Source of the DNA: Chlamydiota bacterium
Lineage (GTDB): Bacteria; Chlamydiota; Chlamydiia; Chlamydiales; SM23-39
Direction of reading: 5' to 3'
Length of the DNA stretch: 30,934 nucleotides
Assembly (NCBI GenBank): GCA_050049995.1
Contig: JASFVE010000014.1
Location: 1-30,934, forward strand
This document shows, in pieces, positions 26,267 to 30,934 of this stretch. A program made the translations under genes and the position numbers. The first letter of the stretch is position 1. Each line of letters opens with the position of its first letter. Below the pieces are notes generated by a model. The model saw nothing but the letters and a program-made list of their open reading frames with translations, was not told where the DNA came from and did not search any database.

Positions 26267-27861
26267 TGTTCTTTTCGGGTTTCTTCGGTACTTTTTATTT
26301 GTTCTTTTAACTTGGGAAAGTTGGCAATAAGAGCGCCGAAGTCACTTTTTCTAATAGCTAAAATATCAGAAGGATCGACACACTTTACCGTGGCATTTCT
26401 TCTTTTTTCATTCAAAAGTGACATTTCTCCAAAAAACTCACCTTCACCTAGATTGGCAACATGAACATCCTCGCCTTGCTTTTTCTTTAAGATTTCTACT
26501 TTACCTTTTACTATTATATAGAGGTAGTCGCCAATATCTCCTTCATGGAAGATAATGTCTCCAGGTTCAAAGTGAAGAGAGTTAATTCCTTGAGAAGGAG
26601 AAAGCTTCAATTGCACAGCTTCAATAGGAATAATCATATCTAAAAACCAAGAAATAGCTACTTTCAACTTTCTATCAAATCCAGGGAGTTTCATCCAATA
26701 AATCAGCCGCCACATAAACCAGGCTACAAAACCTGAGATCTTAATGAACCCAAATAATTCGGCCACGGCGCTGTGATGGCCAAGCGCTCCCAGCATCCCT
26801 AAGCTTTTGAATTTAAATTCGGTTTTACTTCTTCCATTTATGACGTTGACAATATTTCGAGCTAGTACTTTTGCCTCCCTAATAGCAAATTGGGCAGTAG
26901 GTGGACATGTTGATCCTGTTTGAAGGTCAGGTATTTGAGCACAGTCGCCAATAGCCCAAATGCAATCTTCTCCTTGTACTTGCATAGTTGCATCGACTTT
27001 AATTTTCCCCTTTTCTTGAGGTAATTTTAGGTGTTCCAATAAAGGATTGGGAGAAGAGGGGACTGTTGAAATTACCGTTTTACTATTTAGTTTTGTTTCA
27101 TCATCGAGTATTGCTCCAGCAGGAGTTGCTGTAGCCAGCCTTTTACCAAATTGGATATCTACCCCTCTTTTTTGTAAAATTTTACCGGCATAATTACTCA
27201 GTGATTCACTAAGTTCCCTTTCCAGCACTCGTTCTTTACTATGAATCAAATAGACTTTGACTAGGCCTGGGTCAATTGTCGGATATTTTTTGGCTAAATT
27301 ACGAACTAAGTCATTAATCTCTGCTGCGATTTCTGTTCCAGAAAAACCGCCGCCTCCAATTACATATGTCAATAAAGCTTTTTTTAGCTCTTCGTCAGCT
27401 TCTGTGGAAGCAGCTTCTATGGTATCAATAATATGATTTCTAATTCTTAGAGCATCTGACAAATTTTTAAATGGCAAGGCATGCTCATGAAGACCAGGTG
27501 TTGCTCTAAAATCAGTTACATTGCCTAAGCCAACTACTAAATGGTCATAGTGTACAACTGAGGGCTTATGGGAAAATTGTGGGTATAAATTAATTGCCTT
27601 CTTTTCTAAGTCAATTGACTCAATATCCCTAATATATAGCGTTGTTTTAGGAAGTCGTCTTTGTAAAGAGCTCACAGTGTCTATAATTCCCACAGAGCCG
27701 CCGACTACTTCTGCTAGCATGGGCTGATAGACAAAATAATTTTCCCTATTGATTAATGCAATCTCGTAATCTTTGATTTTTCCAAGTTGTTTTTCTAAAT
27801 GCATAGCGGTATACACACCGCCAAAACCGCCACCTAAGATTACTATTCTTTTCTTACTCAT
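26263..27861 (-). CDS. Type II NAD(P)H:quinone oxidoreductase-like flavoprotein with a C-terminal cyclic-nucleotide-binding domain
   Basis: GGGFGG, QP.L.EV..G, GGGFSGTE, WAIGDCA, PPTAQ.A.RE and the amphipathic GFVAWFMWR helix, followed by F..GD.IF.EGD.GD.LYII..G.V...GEFFGEMSLL...RNATV. Confidence 0.9.
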   Translation of the reverse strand: MSKKRIVILGGGFGGVYTAMHLEKQLGKIKDYEIALINRENYFVYQPMLAEVVGGSVGIIDTVSSLQRRLPKTTLYIRDIESIDLEKKAINLYPQFSHKPSVVHYDHLVVGLGNVTDFRATPGLHEHALPFKNLSDALRIRNHIIDTIEAASTEADEELKKALLTYVIGGGGFSGTEIAAEINDLVRNLAKKYPTIDPGLVKVYLIHSKERVLERELSESLSNYAGKILQKRGVDIQFGKRLATATPAGAILDDETKLNSKTVISTVPSSPNPLLEHLKLPQEKGKIKVDATMQVQGEDCIWAIGDCAQIPDLQTGSTCPPTAQFAIREAKVLARNIVNVINGRSKTEFKFKSLGMLGALGHHSAVAELFGFIKISGFVAWFMWRLIYWMKLPGFDRKLKVAISWFLDMIIPIEAVQLKLSPSQGINSLHFEPGDIIFHEGDIGDYLYIIVKGKVEILKKKQGEDVHVANLGEGEFFGEMSLLNEKRRNATVKCVDPSDILAIRKSDFGALIANFPKLKEQIKSTEETRKEH

Positions 27862-27957
27862 ATTTTTCTTTTAATTCACTTTACTTTTTTTTTCACATGA
27901 TAATTTGCGAAATAATTCATTTTTCATTTAAGGTGCAATTTAACGTGTGTTTGAAGG

Positions 27958-28548
27958 ATGTCTTTGCAAGATCAAATATTTAAAAAAATTAATAAGCAAT
28001 ATACACCTCTAAGTTTTTTTGCTAATCCAAAGGATGAGGCAGAGTTTTTTGAGTATTGGAAAAGATATTCCAAAAGAATGATTGAAGCCCAAGACCCTTC
28101 TTTAGTAAAAAAAGTTAGCCGACTTTTCAAAAGCATAGAAAGCAAAAAAAATGATGACGTTTTCGTCAAAGACTTAGAAGTTAAAAAAGTTAATGATCTA
28201 GTTGGATGGGGAGTCTTTGCCAAAAGAAAAATCCCTAAAAAAACCATCCTGACTCATTATGCCGGGATCATCAAAAAAGATCGTCAGGTAAGCAATAAAA
28301 ATCGTCATGTCTTTGGATTTTCTGGAACGGAAAAACTAAAAGATTGGGTAATTGATTCTGAGCGTGTTACTAATATGGGCTCTTTAATAAATCACTCCAA
28401 CAACGGGAATGTAGAGGCGATGGAATATTACGACAAAAAAGGGCCTAAAATTGTTTTCGAGACGATTCGTGATATTGAAAAAGGACAAGAGCTTACCTAT
28501 GATTATGGAGAGGGCTACTGGAAAGGGTTAAAAGAAAAACCACGATAG
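27958..28548 (+). CDS. SET-domain lysine methyltransferase
   Basis: GWGVFAKRKI, YAG, INHS and I..GQELTYDYG..YW motifs; no Cys-rich post-SET region. Confidence 0.9.
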   Translation: MSLQDQIFKKINKQYTPLSFFANPKDEAEFFEYWKRYSKRMIEAQDPSLVKKVSRLFKSIESKKNDDVFVKDLEVKKVNDLVGWGVFAKRKIPKKTILTHYAGIIKKDRQVSNKNRHVFGFSGTEKLKDWVIDSERVTNMGSLINHSNNGNVEAMEYYDKKGPKIVFETIRDIEKGQELTYDYGEGYWKGLKEKPR

Positions 28549-28551
28549 ACT

Positions 28552-29013
28552 ATGCCTAACTTTGTATTAGCCGCTAGACATGCCAAGCCTAAAAAAACTA
28601 CTTATGAAGAAGATCCTCCCTTAAGCGAAGAGGGGATTTTAATAGAAGAAAAAGTGGCAAAGCTTCTTGTTAAAGAAAATATTAACATAGATGTCATTTA
28701 TACTTCGCCTCTTCTTAGAGCAAGACAATCTGCTGAAATCATCGCCCAATATATTCCTGCTCCTATTTTTGTGGAAAATACTCTAGGAGAAGGCTTTGAT
28801 AAAAATGTATTATTAGAACTTATTTTATTTTCAAAAGAAAAGTCCATGACTACCTGCTTCATGGGACATGCTCCTACAATGGCAGAGTTTGTAAATGACT
28901 TGACAGGCTTCAATGCCTTGCCTAATGGATTAGATAAAAGCTCTATTGCACTTTTAGAGTTTCCAAACGAGATCGCTTTCCATAAAGGAAAATTAAAAAA
29001 AAATTTTCCTTAA
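28552..29013 (+). CDS. sixA: SixA-type phosphohistidine phosphatase
   Basis: RHAK, D.PLS.EG, TSP..RA.Q.A and GH.P motifs; 153 aa. Confidence 0.85.
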   Translation: MPNFVLAARHAKPKKTTYEEDPPLSEEGILIEEKVAKLLVKENINIDVIYTSPLLRARQSAEIIAQYIPAPIFVENTLGEGFDKNVLLELILFSKEKSMTTCFMGHAPTMAEFVNDLTGFNALPNGLDKSSIALLEFPNEIAFHKGKLKKNFP

Positions 29014-29086
29014 AATTATGAAAAATTTGCTACCCATAAATTTTTGACATCTATCAAAATGGAAAGTGAAAAACAAAGGTCAAAAT

Positions 29087-29446
29087 ATGAAATTTACTGA
29101 ATCACATGAATGGATTTCATTACAGGACAATATTGCAACTGTAGGGGTTACCGATTTTGCTCAAAATGAACTAGGTGAAATAGTTTATGTTGAACTCCCC
29201 AAAGTAGGCATGCAGGTAGAAGCAGGTGAAGAAGTATGTGTATTAGAGTCAACAAAAGCAGCTGCTGATGTATATAGTCCTGTCTCAGGTGAAATTATTG
29301 AGGTTAATCATTCACTGGATCAAGAAACAGAAAAAATTAACGAATCTTCTGAAAATGAGGGCTGGTTATTTAAAATAAAACTTACAAATCCTTTAGAGTA
29401 TAAAGGACTTTTAACATTAGAAGAATATCAAAACTTATTAGATTAA
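29087..29446 (+). CDS. gcvH: Glycine cleavage system H protein (lipoyl carrier)
   Basis: F...HEW, VGVTDFAQ..LG.IVYVELP, lipoyl-Lys in ESTKAA.D.YSPVSG, GWL.K. Start moved to ATG 29087. Confidence 0.96.
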   Translation: MKFTESHEWISLQDNIATVGVTDFAQNELGEIVYVELPKVGMQVEAGEEVCVLESTKAAADVYSPVSGEIIEVNHSLDQETEKINESSENEGWLFKIKLTNPLEYKGLLTLEEYQNLLD

Positions 29447-30153
29447 GGGGTTCCTTCTAAATCTTTCGTTTGTTCGATAGAAGCAGGGGTTTGAGCCTCT
29501 TCCATTTCATCTAGATTAATCCCTGTTAAAGCTAAAAATCCGAGTGCCATCAGTCCTGTAGTTATAAAAGTAATACCCATTCCTTTTAAATTAGCTGAAA
29601 CATCTGAATACTTAAGTTTTTCCCTAATCGAGGCAATAAGGGCAATAGCCAACCACCAACCAATTCCTGAGCCCAATACATATACCATATTAGGTATAAG
29701 AGGGTATCCCCTTGCCGTTGCAAAAAGGCAAGCTCCTAAAATGGCACAATTTACTGTAATCAATGGAAGGTAGACTCCTAAAGCAGAGTATAAAGCAGGC
29801 GAAAACTTATCGATGACGATTTCCAATACTTGTACAAAGGCTGCAATAACAGAAATATAAATAAGCAGTTCTAAAAAGTTAAGATTAACACCACTTGCAT
29901 CGATACCTAAATTAGACAGCCAAGTTAATGCGTTAGGAGCTGTGATGAATCTATGAACAAACCAGTTAATTGTCCCAGAGACAAAGATGACAAAAGTAAC
30001 CGCTTTTCCAAGGCCATTGGCTGTTGACATTTTATTGGAACAAGCTAAATAGGAACACATGCCAAGAAAATAGAAAAGTAAAATATTTTGAATAAAAACT
30101 GACTGAATTAGTAAGCCCAATAAATTTGTAAGACTATATTCTCCTAACCACAT
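29443..30153 (-). CDS. nqrE: Na(+)-translocating NADH:quinone reductase subunit E
   Basis: N..L..FLGMC.YLA.S, IAA.VQ.LE, LPLITVNCAILG, IREK.KYSDV...L.G.GITFI..GLMA. Confidence 0.93.
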   Translation of the reverse strand: MWLGEYSLTNLLGLLIQSVFIQNILLFYFLGMCSYLACSNKMSTANGLGKAVTFVIFVSGTINWFVHRFITAPNALTWLSNLGIDASGVNLNFLELLIYISVIAAFVQVLEIVIDKFSPALYSALGVYLPLITVNCAILGACLFATARGYPLIPNMVYVLGSGIGWWLAIALIASIREKLKYSDVSANLKGMGITFITTGLMALGFLALTGINLDEMEEAQTPASIEQTKDLEGTP

Positions 30154-30785
30154 TAAAAGGACCTTTTTTGATTAATAATGTTAGCAATCCAAATAAATCC
30201 ACCTAAGATAAAGAAAGCAGCCGGAGCGAGTGGCATTAACCCAAAGTTCACATAGGCACTAGGATTTTGAGGTGTTGCATAAAAGAAAGTAGGAATGATT
30301 TGAAATCCAAAGAAAGACCCAAAACCAAAAATTTCACGTATGGCTCCCACGGAAATGATAACATAGCCATAACCTATTCCTGCAGCAAGACCATCTAAAA
30401 AAGCTGGGATGGGAGGGACATTTTTAGCCATACTTTCAGCTCTTCCCATGACTAAACAGTTAGTGATAATAAGCCCCACAAATACAGATAAAACCTTTGA
30501 CATCTCAAAGAAGAACGCTTTAAGAAATTGATCCACAATAATTACAAACATGGAAATGATGGCAAGTTGGGCTATCATGCGAACATTGTCAGGTGTAATT
30601 TTTCTAATAAGAGAGACAAAAAAGCTGGAAAAGGCTGTTACGAAAGATACTGCTATTGCCATGGTAAGTGCCACTTGTACTTTAATGGTTACTGCCAAAG
30701 CGGAACAAATACCTAATATCGCTACAAGTATTTGGTTATTCCTCCATAAGGGGTCTAAAAAATAGGCTTTGTACGGCTTTGTCAT
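30153..30785 (-). CDS. nqrD: Na(+)-translocating NADH:quinone reductase subunit D
   Basis: [13 protein letters not shown]...[22 protein letters not shown]...G.GY, RE..G.G. Confidence 0.94.
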   Translation of the reverse strand: MTKPYKAYFLDPLWRNNQILVAILGICSALAVTIKVQVALTMAIAVSFVTAFSSFFVSLIRKITPDNVRMIAQLAIISMFVIIVDQFLKAFFFEMSKVLSVFVGLIITNCLVMGRAESMAKNVPPIPAFLDGLAAGIGYGYVIISVGAIREIFGFGSFFGFQIIPTFFYATPQNPSAYVNFGLMPLAPAAFFILGGFIWIANIINQKRSF

Positions 30786-30934
30786 GGACTTACATTCTCC
30801 TGATGTACCTTTAATAAAAAGGGACGGTATTTTTCTAAAACATTCCTATAAGCATTGGTTACTCCCATTCCTGTTAAGGTAGCGCCCGTTATCCCGTCTA
30901 CAGCGCTATCTGACTTAGGTGAGGAACCGTATAC
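30782..30934 (-). CDS. nqrC: Na(+)-translocating NADH:quinone reductase subunit C, 3' end (partial, not in ORF track)
   Basis: Reads [58 protein letters not shown] is the covalent-FMN motif; ATGA overlap with nqrD. Confidence 0.92.
   Translation of the reverse strand, partial: VYGSSPKSDSAVDGITGATLTGMGVTNAYRNVLEKYRPFLLKVHQENVSP

Noticed and set aside
26098..26310. Listed 70-aa Cys-rich ORF
   Set aside because: Shadow frame: the RBS lies inside it and points to the 45-aa ORF at 26129; it also runs into the NDH-2 gene.
1445..30765. Short antisense or alternate-frame ORFs (1445, 2150, 3471, 6594, 7035, 8483, 12860, 19392, 21669, 27972, 28698, 30528, 30550)
   Set aside because: All lie within well-supported genes and show no recognisable motifs.
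29443..30934. Rnf (RnfA/E/G) assignment, and absence of nqrF after nqrE
   Set aside because: Motifs and the C-D-E order fit Nqr; a split nqr operon is normal in chlamydiae as I recall.

Overview
AT-rich chromosomal segment, almost certainly from an environmental member of the Chlamydiota. The gene order dcrA/CT296-like, rnc, radA, hemC, sodA, accD, dut, ptsN, HTH-ptsN, clpC, lipoate ligase-like, CT283-like, gcvH, nqrEDC matches my recollection of the Chlamydia trachomatis CT279-CT299 block, and hemE-hemN-hemY is also the chlamydial arrangement. Lineage-specific material sits in this backbone: an internally duplicated Inc-like membrane protein, a frameshifted orphan gene, a eukaryote/archaeal-type ProRS, and a ~8.4 kb accessory tract (20.6-29.0 kb). 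That tract holds a CBM9-like protein, two tandem paralogous coiled-coil proteins with 11-mer repeats, an O-antigen-ligase-family protein, a 45-aa membrane protein missed by the ORF track, a type II NAD(P)H dehydrogenase fused to a cyclic-nucleotide-binding domain, and a SET methyltransferase-SixA pair. The top leads are the NDH-2-cNMP fusion, a cysteine-free HemC lacking domain 3 that is one base from fusing with HemD, and the paralog pair. I saw no rRNA, tRNA, CRISPR array or transposase. All family calls come from motif recognition by eye, without database searches.
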